A DNA stretch of 64,000 nt from Vulcanimicrobiota bacterium (GCA_963733295.1 CAVTCS010000005.1:32001-96000), one strand, 5' to 3'. Positions 9,154-19,345 are shown, counted from the first letter of the stretch. A program made the numbers and translations. Notes: generated by a model not told the origin, from the sequence alone.

Positions 9154-10812
9154 GTGCCGCGCTGGGCCGGCAACGTCGCCGTGCTGGGCGGCATCTACGT
9201 TGCGGTCATGGCAGCGGCTGCATTGTGGATGCCGCACGAATGGGACTGGAGCGTTTTCCAGTGGCTGAGTTCGCGCGTCACCCCGACGCTCTCACCCGAG
9301 GTCAGCATCGTCGACGTCGACTGGGATCCAACGGACGTGCCCAGCAACCGGCGCCGCATCGCGGCGTTCCTCGATGGCCTCGTGCGCAGCGACCGGCGGC
9401 CGAACGCGGTCATCCTCGACGTTGAATTCGATCCGTGTCAATCCAAACCGTGCGGCGAATCGATGGAATCCGCGCGCGACGCGCTGGTCGCGAGCCTCCG
9501 TGCCGCAGCGTCGCGCTTTCCGGTCTACGCGATCGAGCAACCCAGCGTCGATCGGGATGACGTCGAGCGCGGTCCGCTCGATCGGCAAGACGCACGGATT
9601 TACGCTGCGGTGACCGGCGCGGCGCAAACGCGCTTCACGATCGTCCCGAAGTCGGAAGGCTTGTTCTACCGCATCTGCTATGCGAACGTGCCCTTCGTCA
9701 ATGAAGACGGCGCAGTCGTGGGAACCGAAAGCGTCTGGGCGATGGTCGTTCGCGTCTTGATGACGCCGCGAGTCTTTGCGAGTTCACCAGCCTGCGATAC
9801 GAGCCACATCCCCGTCCGCATCGGGCCGAAGATCTCGCTCACACCTCCTGCCGCGTACCGTTTTACCGAGACGCGGACGTTCCCGGGCTATGCGCAGTTC
9901 GACGATAAGACGTTCGTCGTCGTCGGGACCATGAAGTACGACCGTTCGCCCTTTACGGATCGAAGCGGTCCGGAGCTCCTCGCCTGGGCGTTGAGCAACG
10001 CGCTCGATCAGGGTTCGCTGGCCGGCAGGGGTTCGTACTACGATGCGCAGCCCCAGAATCTGATGTTGCTGTTGCTCGTACCGGCGTTTTCCGGACTCGC
10101 CGTCGTCGCTTTCATGGCGCTCTTCTACCAGTTGAAGAAAAGCCGATTGCGAGGGCTACGGCAGCTCCTTCCCTGGATCTCGGCCGCACTCGCGGCGGTC
10201 TTCGGGCTTTTCGTTTTCGGCGCGTTCGAGTTCTGGATGCTCGCCTCACACCACATCCAGCCGCAAGTCTCGCTGATCTCGCTGGGCGTCGTCTTGGCCT
10301 CGGCGCTGTGCGGGTTCCGTGGTTTCCAAATGACTCAGGACGAGGCAAACGCGATCGAGCCGCTGCCCGACGAGTCGTACGACTACGATGTCTTCATCAG
10401 CTACGCCCGCGAAGAAGGAGCCTGGGTTTACGAGAACGTGTTCGCACCGCTCCGCGATGCCGCGCTTCCGAACGGAAAGAAGCTCAGCGTCTTCTTCGAC
10501 ACGTCATCGATTCGCGCGGGGACGGGTTGGCAAACCAAATTGTCGCTCGCCATCGACGGCAGCCGCTTCATCGTGCCGGTCTATTCGGACGTCTATTTCA
10601 CGAAACCGTACTGCCGTTTCGAGATCCTGCGCGCGCATCGCAAGTGGATAGAGGCCGGCGACGAATCGCGCTGCGTTCTGCCAATCATGCGCGGACACCC
10701 CAAGATTTACGCGACGGTCAACGACATTCAAGCCGTTAGCATCGACGATCAACCGGATTTAGTGCATCAGATCGTGGCCGAGATCGTCGAGCGGCTCTCG
10801 CGTCAGCGATAG
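9154..10812 (+). CDS. CHASE2 sensor domain + transmembrane helices + C-terminal TIR domain
   Basis: N-terminal TM, VSIVDVD...RRRIAAFLDGL...PNAVILDVEF...VVVG...D...GPELLAWALSNAL (CHASE2), three TMs, then YDVFISYAR...VFFDTSSIRAG...YFTKPYCRFEI (TIR with Glu). Confidence 0.85.
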   Translation: MPRWAGNVAVLGGIYVAVMAAAALWMPHEWDWSVFQWLSSRVTPTLSPEVSIVDVDWDPTDVPSNRRRIAAFLDGLVRSDRRPNAVILDVEFDPCQSKPCGESMESARDALVASLRAAASRFPVYAIEQPSVDRDDVERGPLDRQDARIYAAVTGAAQTRFTIVPKSEGLFYRICYANVPFVNEDGAVVGTESVWAMVVRVLMTPRVFASSPACDTSHIPVRIGPKISLTPPAAYRFTETRTFPGYAQFDDKTFVVVGTMKYDRSPFTDRSGPELLAWALSNALDQGSLAGRGSYYDAQPQNLMLLLLVPAFSGLAVVAFMALFYQLKKSRLRGLRQLLPWISAALAAVFGLFVFGAFEFWMLASHHIQPQVSLISLGVVLASALCGFRGFQMTQDEANAIEPLPDESYDYDVFISYAREEGAWVYENVFAPLRDAALPNGKKLSVFFDTSSIRAGTGWQTKLSLAIDGSRFIVPVYSDVYFTKPYCRFEILRAHRKWIEAGDESRCVLPIMRGHPKIYATVNDIQAVSIDDQPDLVHQIVAEIVERLSRQR

Positions 10813-11234
10813 CAATATTCGTCGTCGGCGTCGAGGATGTCGAGGATTTTCGTAAGCTCCGGACGTTCCGCCATGATAGGATGCCGCTCCCGCACCAGGG
10901 CCTGGTCGGCCGGCGTCATCCGTTCGACGACGAAGCTCTCCATTTTCGCATTGAGCGCGCCGGCGGCCGAGCGATCCACTCGGGCTTCTAACCATCCGGT
11001 CACCTCGGCTTCGTCTCGAGCGCGTGCGACCGCTTCGCGAAACTCGTCCATGTCGAGGCCGGCGCGCTTGACGACGTACGCGCTGAAGCCCGTGTCGTGG
11101 TTGAGATACTTTCCGATATTGCCGCCCGGCAATTCCGCCCGCAACTTGTCGACGGTGCGCGGAAGGAAATAGAAGCCGAGCAGCGTGGCACGTGTCGGGC
11201 GTGGCGGCTGTTTCGTGAGATCGAGCGGGGTCAT
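10803..11234 (-). CDS. DUF5069-like protein
   Basis: PLDLTKQPPR...LPRTVDKLRA...G.Y and C-terminal LDADD resemble DUF5069. Confidence 0.7.
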   Translation of the reverse strand: MTPLDLTKQPPRPTRATLLGFYFLPRTVDKLRAELPGGNIGKYLNHDTGFSAYVVKRAGLDMDEFREAVARARDEAEVTGWLEARVDRSAAGALNAKMESFVVERMTPADQALVRERHPIMAERPELTKILDILDADDEYCYR

Positions 11235-11794
11235 GGAAAACTTCCCGTGAGCTGACCTTCGGCGATGACGTGGCCCTCGATCGCACTGTCAAGTTGCTTC
11301 TTCGTTGCGCCGGCCGGAAGGTCGAGGTTCGCATCGAGCGCATACAGCGTGAAAACGTAACGGTGCGTCAAGTTGCCCGGAGGACAGGGTGCGGCGTATC
11401 CGAGGTCGCCGAAACCGTTGATGCCCTGGCGCGCGGTGTTCGGGAGCTGTCGAACCTTCGGCGTTGCCTCGGGTAGACTGCGCACCTCCGGGGGCACGTC
11501 GTACACGAGCCAATGCACGAAGTGACCGAAAAGGAACGAGAGCGGCGAGTCGATATCGCTGGCCATCAAGACGAAGCTTTTCGCTTTCGCCGGCGCTTGC
11601 CAATCGAGTCCCGGCGAAACGCTGGTTCCTTTACAGGTGAACTGATTGGGGATGACGCCTCCGTCGGCAAAGTCCGGGCTAGTAAGGCGTAACGCCGGAA
11701 CCGTCGAGGAAGGCGGTGGACTCGAAGCGCAGCCGGAGAGTCCGGCCAGGATGGCGAGCAGCGCGATCGATCGAGTCCATAAGGCTCTTGGCAC
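11231..11794 (-). CDS. YbhB/YbcL (PEBP/Raf kinase inhibitor-like) lipoprotein
   Basis: Lipobox LSGC, LTSPDF.DGG.IP..FTC.G..VSP.L.W, FVHW, G.N.FG..GY..PCPP...HRY.FTLYALD. GTG start at 11794 inferred. Confidence 0.9.
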   Translation of the reverse strand: MPRALWTRSIALLAILAGLSGCASSPPPSSTVPALRLTSPDFADGGVIPNQFTCKGTSVSPGLDWQAPAKAKSFVLMASDIDSPLSFLFGHFVHWLVYDVPPEVRSLPEATPKVRQLPNTARQGINGFGDLGYAAPCPPGNLTHRYVFTLYALDANLDLPAGATKKQLDSAIEGHVIAEGQLTGSFP

Positions 11795-11893
11795 GTGGCT
11801 AATGTACAATACCGCCGCGTCACGTCCTGGCCCGCGGCGAACTCGACGTTGTTTAGCAGAGGCTTTCGAGAGCGCGGGAATGTAGGTCGCGCC

Positions 11894-13551
11894 ATGGGAG
11901 CACTCGGACCGCACGGCCATCGCCATGAAGCGCACCGCCCCGTCGTCATGGGACGTCACGGGATGGTAGCCGCGGCGCATCCGCTGGCCTCGGAGGCCGG
12001 GGTCCATATTCTGCGCAGCGGCGGCAATGCCGTCGACGCGGCGATCGCCGTCGGCGCCGCGATTGCTGTGACGGCACCGCACCTGTCCGGCGTCGGCGGT
12101 GACGGCTACATCATGATCTACGATCCGCAGATCGCCTCCGAACCGCTCGTAATCAATGCAACGGGCCGCGCGCCGCTGCGCGCCACGCCCGAAGAATACC
12201 GCGACGGCATTCCGCTGCACGGTATGCGCAGTGCGAGCGTCCCGGGTCTGGTCGACGGTTGGCTCCAAGCGCACGAACGGTACGGCACGCTCTCGCTGGA
12301 TGCGTGTCTCGCGCCGGCCATCGACTTGGCCGAGAACGGCTTCCCGGTGACGCGCAACCTGGAACGGGCCATCCTCGAGCAACCCCTGCTGCTGAGCTTC
12401 CCCAGCTCACGAGCGATCTTCGCGCCGCGTGGAGCTGGATTGCGTTTCGGCGAGATCCTCGTGCAAACGGACCTCGCTCGCACGCTGCGCGCGATCGCGC
12501 GCGACGGCCGTTCGTCATTTTACGAAGGCGAAATTGCGCGGGCCATCGTCGCCGCCTCGAAGGTCCACGACGGGCTGATCGAGCTCGACGATCTGCGTAG
12601 TTCCCGCGCCGAAGTGCAGAACGCGATCGCAGTGACCTATCGCGGCCACACGGTGTTCGAATCGCCGCCGAACTCGAGCGGTCACGTGCTGCTGCAGATG
12701 CTCAACATCGTCGAAAACTTCGATCTGCACGCGCTCGGCGCGAACAGCGCTGCGGCGATTCACCTGATGGTCGAAGCAAAGCGCCTGGCCTTCGCCGATC
12801 GCGAGGCGTTCGTCGCCGATCCCGAGTTCACCGATATCCCCTTACAGCAGGCTGCTCGACAAGAGTTACGCCGCCGAGCACGCACGTTCGATCGACCCGG
12901 AGAGAGCGGCCGCCGCGCCACAGGCGGGCGCTACCGCGGGCGTTCGAGGGCCGGGCCGGCGCTTCGCATACGACGTGCTTTGCGATCGTCGACCAAGATC
13001 GTCGCGCGGTGTGCCAGATTCAAAGCTTGCAGTCGTTCATGGGTTCCGCGCTCGTCGTAGAAGGCACCGGCATTCTCCTCAACAACCGGATGACGTACTG
13101 GCACCTGGAACCCGGTCACGTCAACCGGTTGCAAGGCGGCAAGCGCGTTCGCCATACGATGAATACGGTCATGATCTTCCGCGACGGCGAACTCTTCATG
13201 GTGCACGGCACACCGGGTGCCGATACGCAAACGCAAACGAACCTCCAGGTGCTCACGCACGTCGTCGATCACGACATGAACGTGACCGAGGCGGTCGAGG
13301 CGCCGCGCTGGCGCCACATCGGCCGCGGCACCGAGTCGACGATTCCGCACGGCGAGAGCGACCTGCTGAATCTCGAAGCGCGCTTCCCGCCCGGCGTCGC
13401 AGCCGAACTGGCACGGCGCGGACACCCCGTTGCGACGATTGGAGCGTGGGAGGCCTCCGGAAGCGAAGTGATGATCCGGGTCGACGGCGCGAACGGCGCG
13501 CTCCACGGCGCGTGCGATCCGCGCGCGGACGGCTACGCGATCGGCTACTGA
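11894..13551 (+). pseudogene. ggt: Gamma-glutamyltransferase family gene with two apparent frameshifts (pseudogene or assembly error)
   Basis: GMVAAAHPLAS...GGNAVDAA in frame 2; LLDKSYAAEHARSIDP in frame 3 from 12852; HTTCFAIVD (nucleophile Thr) through DPRADG in frame 1 from 12961. Confidence 0.8.
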
Positions 13552-13593
13552 CCCGCCCGGATGACGAATCGCTTCAGCAGCGAACTGCGCGAG

Positions 13594-14937
13594 ATGCGGA
13601 TCTCGCTCGGGCCAGTCACTCCCTTTCTCGCCGTGCTGCTCGCCGGTTTTCTCTTCATCCTTGCGACGGCCAGCGGGCCGGCAGCTTCGATCGGGAGTTC
13701 GACTTTCTGGCTGGGCACGCTCATGAAGTCGGGCCAACCGCTCGCGGTTCGCGTCGCCATCAATCAAGAACCGTCAGGCCGATATACCGGCAGCTTCAGT
13801 TCCGACACCCAAGCCATAATGGATTATCCCTTCGACTCGGTGACCGTTACCGGACAACACATCGCGTTCGTGTTGGGCGGGGGCGACGTTCGCTTTTCCG
13901 GCACGATGAGCGATCGCACGATCTCCGGAAGTTTCGATGGCGCCGAAGGCCACGGCACGTTCCTCTTGCACCGTGCCGAAGCGCCGGTACTGCCGTACCG
14001 CGCGGAGGACGTGACCTTCGCGAACGGCGACGTGACTCTGAAAGGTACGCTGTGTGTCCCGAACGGGCGTGGCCCGTTCCCGGCGGTCGTCCTCTTGCAC
14101 GGTTCGGGTCCCGAAAGTCGCTGGGGAACGATCCGCTTCATCGCGGACCGCCTCGCGCGCGCCGGAATCGCCGCGCTTGCGTACGACAAACGCGGCAGCG
14201 GAGCATCCACCGGTGACTGGCGTACGGTCGGCTACGAAGCGCTCGCCGACGATGCGATCGCGGGCATCAACTTGCTCGCGAAACGGTCCGACATCGATCC
14301 CAAGCAGATCGGCTTATGGGGGCACAGTCAGGGCGGTTTCATCGCTCCGCTCGTCGCGCAGCGCAGCGGCCACGTCGCGTTCATCGTCGCAGCCGACAGC
14401 AACGCGAGCACCACGCGCGAACAAGACGTCTTGCGCGTGACGAACGAGATCCGCGACAACGGCTGGACCGGTCGAGATGCCGCCGACGCGCGAACGCTCT
14501 ACGCGCACTTTCTGGACGTCGCGAGTGCCGGTGGCGCCGGCTACGACAAGCTCGAAGCGGAAGTGAAGCAGGACAAGGGCCGGCCGTACATCAGCTGGAT
14601 GGCTATACCGCCGCGGACCTCGTGGATCTGGAAGTGGTACCCTCTGGTTGCAAACTACGATTCCCGCACGTACTGGAAGACGGTTCGCGTGCCGGTGTTA
14701 CTGGTCTACGGACAGAACGACGAACTCAGCGACGTTAACAGGAGCATCGCTTCGATCGGCGCCCTCGTCGCGGCTGCCGGAGGGCCGCCCGTCAAGTCGA
14801 TCGTCATCCCGGATGCTCCGCACGTTTTGCATATCGCACCCGCGAGCGGCAAGCCGTTCTTTTGGTGGTACATGGCTCACGGCTACCCCTCGGCTGAGAT
14901 CGACTGGATTCGAGCAGTCACGCACCTCACCTCATGA
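13594..14937 (+). CDS. Exported alpha/beta hydrolase (S9/CocE-like)
   Basis: VLLHGSGP, YDKRGSGAS.G, GHSQGG nucleophile, G.ND, PDAPH; signal peptide. Confidence 0.88.
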   Translation: MRISLGPVTPFLAVLLAGFLFILATASGPAASIGSSTFWLGTLMKSGQPLAVRVAINQEPSGRYTGSFSSDTQAIMDYPFDSVTVTGQHIAFVLGGGDVRFSGTMSDRTISGSFDGAEGHGTFLLHRAEAPVLPYRAEDVTFANGDVTLKGTLCVPNGRGPFPAVVLLHGSGPESRWGTIRFIADRLARAGIAALAYDKRGSGASTGDWRTVGYEALADDAIAGINLLAKRSDIDPKQIGLWGHSQGGFIAPLVAQRSGHVAFIVAADSNASTTREQDVLRVTNEIRDNGWTGRDAADARTLYAHFLDVASAGGAGYDKLEAEVKQDKGRPYISWMAIPPRTSWIWKWYPLVANYDSRTYWKTVRVPVLLVYGQNDELSDVNRSIASIGALVAAAGGPPVKSIVIPDAPHVLHIAPASGKPFFWWYMAHGYPSAEIDWIRAVTHLTS

Positions 14938-15042
14938 TCGCGCTGCTCTGGGGCAGCAAGAAGCAACAGTAGCCTCCAGCGCGAACTTGATACCATCGCC
15001 GCAGGCGGCACGCCGAGAGGCCGGCGGAAGTGGAGTGACCAT

Positions 15043-15507
15043 ATGGCGAGACCCTACCATCTCTATCGCTGCCCCGAGGGCCACGAACGCCGGTCGTACG
15101 CCGCGCCCGACGTCGAGGTGACGGGCGCGCCTCCGAAGCAGAGCACGGTGTGGTGCGTCGAGATGCTGGATGACGGGTCGATGTGCAAGGAGCGCGCCGA
15201 CTTCGTGGAGACGAGGTTCGGGGAACAAATGAACCACGCAGCCATATTCTATGCGAACGATGTCGAGTTCGCTCGCGGCACCTTGACCAAACGGAACGAT
15301 AAGATATTTACGTTCAAGACCGCCCCGCTCGAGCGTTCCGACAACGACACGGCGCGCCTCACCGTTGCGATCCACCGGCACGGCACCACGCCGCTTGTCC
15401 TGGACGATTGCCACGTCATGGGATCGGACGACGGGGACCTTATCTTGATCGCCGACCAGATTATCGGCGACGATTCGAACGCAGTCGATATCGTTTCACT
15501 GTTGTAA
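15043..15507 (+). CDS. Hypothetical protein with possible Zn-ribbon N-terminus
   Basis: ORF with ggag RBS; CPEGH...C...C pattern. Confidence 0.5.
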   Translation: MARPYHLYRCPEGHERRSYAAPDVEVTGAPPKQSTVWCVEMLDDGSMCKERADFVETRFGEQMNHAAIFYANDVEFARGTLTKRNDKIFTFKTAPLERSDNDTARLTVAIHRHGTTPLVLDDCHVMGSDDGDLILIADQIIGDDSNAVDIVSLL

Positions 15508-15523
15508 ACCCAAGGCTTTCAGG

Positions 15524-18262
15524 GTGACTCCGCAGCGATTCGAGTTTATGCTTTCGTGCCTGTCCCAGGCGGGGCTGGCAATACTCCTCACGGCGCTCCC
15601 GTGGCTAGCGGCCCAGGCGGCGCAGACCCCGCCGAAGCGCCTGTTTCTCGTCCGCAGCTATGACGGAACGAAGAAATGTTTGGACTACGGCGCGCGACGG
15701 CGAATCGACGGTGCTCGCGCGCCGGTAGGCCCAACCGTGTTTCTCAACGACTGCGCGCACGCACATACGATCGAGGTTGTGGAAATCAACAGCCGGCACG
15801 ACGTCCGGATGTACGCCGGGACGCAAGTCATCGGGATTCATAACCCGCCGCAACAGACGACGCTTGGCGCTCCGCCGGCCCCGGCCCCGACGCACTTTAC
15901 GCTCGAATTGCAGAGCCCGGCGAATCCCGCCACCGTGCTCTTCGCAAACCAAGTCTTCGCTCTCGACGGCGACAGCATCATCCTTGAAAGTAGCCGGCCC
16001 TGCGCCAGTACGGACTCAACCCTGTGTCCCCCGCCTCCGCCGCAACTCGTGTTCCAAGTGTCAAATGGGAGCGGAATGAACGGGACGGCGATTGTCGTCG
16101 GGCCGCGCAGCCTGGCCGACTCGGAGTTCTGGAGATTCTTTGCGACCGACAAATCCGGCGCAGATCCGACTACCGGCTTCGCCCACGTAGCGACGAACTA
16201 CCAGCTTTGGAACGCCGTTTGCGCCTCACCGGCAGCGTCGGCCGCCGGTCCAGCCCTGAATTCGGACGGCACGCCGGCGGCCTGCACCGCATTGAACGCC
16301 GGCTGGAACAGCGTCATCGTGATCGCCAGCCCAGACGCTTGCAACCGCGTAACGGGTGACGTCCAAGACGTCGGTGCCTGCATCGACCTCAGCGCCTACG
16401 CACCCCTGCCGGTGGCGGCGGGCGTGACCTTGCGAGGCGACCGCGGCGGTACGAGTCTCGGCCCGCAGCTCTACGCCGCGTTCCACCAAGAGAAAGAATA
16501 CACGTCTCCGGCGATATCGAATGCGCCGGTTTGTGAATGGTGCATGCTCCAAATTCATGGCGACTACGTACGCGTCACCGGGCTACGCATGCGTGGGCAA
16601 AGTCGCACGACCAAGCAACTAACGGAACAAACGCAAGCGATCGACGTCGATTTTCCGTCGACCTACGTCGATCCGAAAAGCGGTTCGCTCGAACAGAACG
16701 GGTCCGCCTCCAGCACCGAATACATCGCCATCATCGACCACAACGATATCTCCGATTGGGAAAGCGCCGCCGTCGCCGTCAACGGCGGTCACCACGAATC
16801 GCTCACCTGTAAGGGCGTCGTCGACGACGACAGCAGACTGGACAACGTTCGCGTCGAGCGCAACTTTCTGCATAACAACGAACGCGACAGCGGGGGTTAC
16901 GGCACGGCGTTGAGCAACGGTGGGCGAGCGCGCGTCGCTGGCAACACGTATCTGCTGAACCGCCACGACCTCACGGCGGACGGGGAGTCGCATTCCGAAT
17001 ACCGAGGCTGGTACAACCTCGTGCTGTCGACGGCGCCGTACTACGGATACTACAATCAGGATTTCGACATGCACGGGACGGCCGACTCACCGCACTTTTA
17101 TGGTGGCCAAGGTGGCTACTACGTCGACATCTTTCAAAATACGTTTCTGCCCACAAATCAAACGAACTACGAATTGCGCGGCACGCCTTGCAAAGATAGC
17201 GACTTCCACTCCAACGTATCGTTGATGAGCAACTCGGCGACGACGCTAGCGGATCCGTCTGCGGTGAGCTTTAAGAATGACCGGTATCAGATCTTGCATC
17301 ACGTCTATCACATCAACATTTTCAACCAGCCCTTCGAATCGCAGAACCCAACCGATTTTATCAGCGCCTTGCGGGCTCCGGGCGCCGACTTCGACGGTGA
17401 CGGTTCCCCGGATCTCTTCCTCGCGACGGGCGCGGCCTGGTACTACTCACCGGGCGGGAATGGGGACTGGCGATTCCTCAGTGCGAAGACCGATACGTAC
17501 GATAACCTCCTGTTCGGCGACTTTGACGGCGATGGACGCACCGACGTCATCACGAAGCACGGAGGGGACGTGATGGTCTCGTGGGGCGGAACGTCGGACT
17601 GGCAGAAGCTCAACTCGACGAACGCCGCAATCACCGATCTAGCCGTGGGCGATTTCGACGGCGACGGCCGCTCCGACATCTTCTATGCCGATGGGAAGAA
17701 TTGGTACGTATCGTCCGGCGGTTCCGGCCCTTTCACGAACGTTAATACTTCCAGCTTTCGGGTGAAAGATGTGCTTTTTGGAGATTTTGACGGCGACGGG
17801 AAAACCGACGTCTTCGGAGTCGTGGCGGGCACGTGGAGTTATAGCAAAGGGGCGCGCGGCGCCTGGTCCGGCGGCTACTTGCGGCAGGCGCTAACGAGCA
17901 CCGTCGATCGTCTGGTCGCGGCAGATTTCGACGGCGACGGGCGTGCCGACATAGCGATGTGGTCGCAACCCCCCAACATCCACAACACCACAGACGGTCT
18001 GTACCACATCGTCAACTGGGACTGGAAGTTCTCGCACGACGGCGTCCAAGGCTGGACGTCACATCGAATCCTACCGAACGACCAATGCAGACTGAGTCTC
18101 GATCACTATCAAGTTTCAAACTGGCAAGTCGAAGTTCCGGCCGTTGGGCGTTTCAGCGGAAGGCGCGGAGCGGACATTTTGTTATGGAACGGCAACGAAT
18201 TCTGTATCGTTTCCGGAGAAGTGGGCGTTCCGCAACTCTTCAGCCGCCAAGACATGCGCTGA
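15524..18262 (+). CDS. Large secreted protein: parallel beta-helix region + FG-GAP/VCBS repeats
   Basis: Signal peptide, IIDHNDISDW/RVERNFLHNN/VAGNTY beta-helix turns, five (G/A)DFDGDG repeats. Confidence 0.8.
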   Translation: MTPQRFEFMLSCLSQAGLAILLTALPWLAAQAAQTPPKRLFLVRSYDGTKKCLDYGARRRIDGARAPVGPTVFLNDCAHAHTIEVVEINSRHDVRMYAGTQVIGIHNPPQQTTLGAPPAPAPTHFTLELQSPANPATVLFANQVFALDGDSIILESSRPCASTDSTLCPPPPPQLVFQVSNGSGMNGTAIVVGPRSLADSEFWRFFATDKSGADPTTGFAHVATNYQLWNAVCASPAASAAGPALNSDGTPAACTALNAGWNSVIVIASPDACNRVTGDVQDVGACIDLSAYAPLPVAAGVTLRGDRGGTSLGPQLYAAFHQEKEYTSPAISNAPVCEWCMLQIHGDYVRVTGLRMRGQSRTTKQLTEQTQAIDVDFPSTYVDPKSGSLEQNGSASSTEYIAIIDHNDISDWESAAVAVNGGHHESLTCKGVVDDDSRLDNVRVERNFLHNNERDSGGYGTALSNGGRARVAGNTYLLNRHDLTADGESHSEYRGWYNLVLSTAPYYGYYNQDFDMHGTADSPHFYGGQGGYYVDIFQNTFLPTNQTNYELRGTPCKDSDFHSNVSLMSNSATTLADPSAVSFKNDRYQILHHVYHINIFNQPFESQNPTDFISALRAPGADFDGDGSPDLFLATGAAWYYSPGGNGDWRFLSAKTDTYDNLLFGDFDGDGRTDVITKHGGDVMVSWGGTSDWQKLNSTNAAITDLAVGDFDGDGRSDIFYADGKNWYVSSGGSGPFTNVNTSSFRVKDVLFGDFDGDGKTDVFGVVAGTWSYSKGARGAWSGGYLRQALTSTVDRLVAADFDGDGRADIAMWSQPPNIHNTTDGLYHIVNWDWKFSHDGVQGWTSHRILPNDQCRLSLDHYQVSNWQVEVPAVGRFSGRRGADILLWNGNEFCIVSGEVGVPQLFSRQDMR

Positions 18263-18266
18263 TGCC

Positions 18267-19010
18267 GTGATACGCGGCGCGTTTCGGCACGGAGAGGTCG
18301 ATAGCGATGGCTTCCGGTTGCGCGGACACGCGGAGGTTTATCGCGTCGAGAGCTTCAGCGACGCCGTCTTCGCGCTCTCCGTCACGCTGCTCGTCGTTTC
18401 GCTGGAGGTCCCGAGATCGTTCGACGATCTGCTTCGCTCGCTCAGCGGCTTCTTCGGCTTCGCGTTCGGCTTCGCAATCTTGGTCAACATTTGGTTCACG
18501 CAGAACAAGTTCTTTCGACGCTACGCCCTCCACGACCACAAGACGATCGTTTTGACCTCGATTCTGCTCTTCGTGGTCGTCCTGTTCACCTATCCGCTGA
18601 AATTCCTCAGCCGGCTAGTCGTGGTCGCTTCGAGCGACGCCGCGGCAGCGATTCGGACAGATCAGTTGTGGCAGATGTTCCTCGTGTACGGGATTGGGTA
18701 CTCGGCCGTATTCGTCGTATTCGCGCTCCTCTATCATCACGCGTGGACGCAGAGCGCAGCTTTGGAGTTGACGCCGAAGGAGCGCCTCCTCACGAAGCAA
18801 AGCGTTGCGATCATGTGCGGCCTCACCCTCGCTCCAATCGCCTCGATCGCAATCGCCCTGATGCTCCACTGGACCGGTTACGATGGCGCGATCCCGCTGG
18901 CCGCGGGTTTCATTTATCCCGTCGTCATTACCGCGGCGATCGGCGTCGTGAAGGCGCGCTCGCGCCGGCAGCTCGAAAACACTACCGCTAAAGGAGGATT
19001 GAAATGGTAA
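18267..19010 (+). CDS. TMEM175 (DUF1211) family potassium channel
   Basis: RVESFSDAVFALSVTLLV signature and about six TMs; GTG start inferred. Confidence 0.88.
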   Translation: MIRGAFRHGEVDSDGFRLRGHAEVYRVESFSDAVFALSVTLLVVSLEVPRSFDDLLRSLSGFFGFAFGFAILVNIWFTQNKFFRRYALHDHKTIVLTSILLFVVVLFTYPLKFLSRLVVVASSDAAAAIRTDQLWQMFLVYGIGYSAVFVVFALLYHHAWTQSAALELTPKERLLTKQSVAIMCGLTLAPIASIAIALMLHWTGYDGAIPLAAGFIYPVVITAAIGVVKARSRRQLENTTAKGGLKW

Positions 19011-19345
19011 CCGGCATCGACGTACTCGTCTACAACGTCAAAGATTTCGATCGGGCTTTGGGCTTCTATACGTCCCTCATGGGAGAACCATCCACGAAAG
19101 TGCCGGGGACGTGGGCGGAGTTCGATCTTGCGGACGGTTCGTCGTTCGCGATCGGCAAGCACGAGAATTTCCCGTGGCAACCCGGCTACAACGTCATGTT
19201 CGCCGTTCCCGACGTGCCCGCGGCGGTCAAATTGGTCCGTTCGCTCGGCGGCAAAGCCGGCGAACCCGATGAATCGCCGGTGTGTTTCATGTCGTTCGGT
19301 GAGGACACCGAAGGCAACCAATTGGTGCTGCACCGCCGCAAATAG
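19004..19345 (+). CDS. VOC/glyoxalase family protein
   Basis: YNVKDFDRALGFY...FAVPDV...DTEGNQLVLH; aggagg RBS. Confidence 0.88.
   Translation: MVTGIDVLVYNVKDFDRALGFYTSLMGEPSTKVPGTWAEFDLADGSSFAIGKHENFPWQPGYNVMFAVPDVPAAVKLVRSLGGKAGEPDESPVCFMSFGEDTEGNQLVLHRRK

Noticed and set aside
1..10812. Calling the locus canonical Thoeris or CBASS, or a mobile island
   Set aside because: No SIR2-SLOG or Macro ThsA, no CD-NTase, and no integrase, transposase or att site visible within the window.
11795..12382. Long N-terminal extension of the YbhB/YbcL ORF
   Set aside because: Antisense to ggt; the lipoprotein signal starts near 11794.
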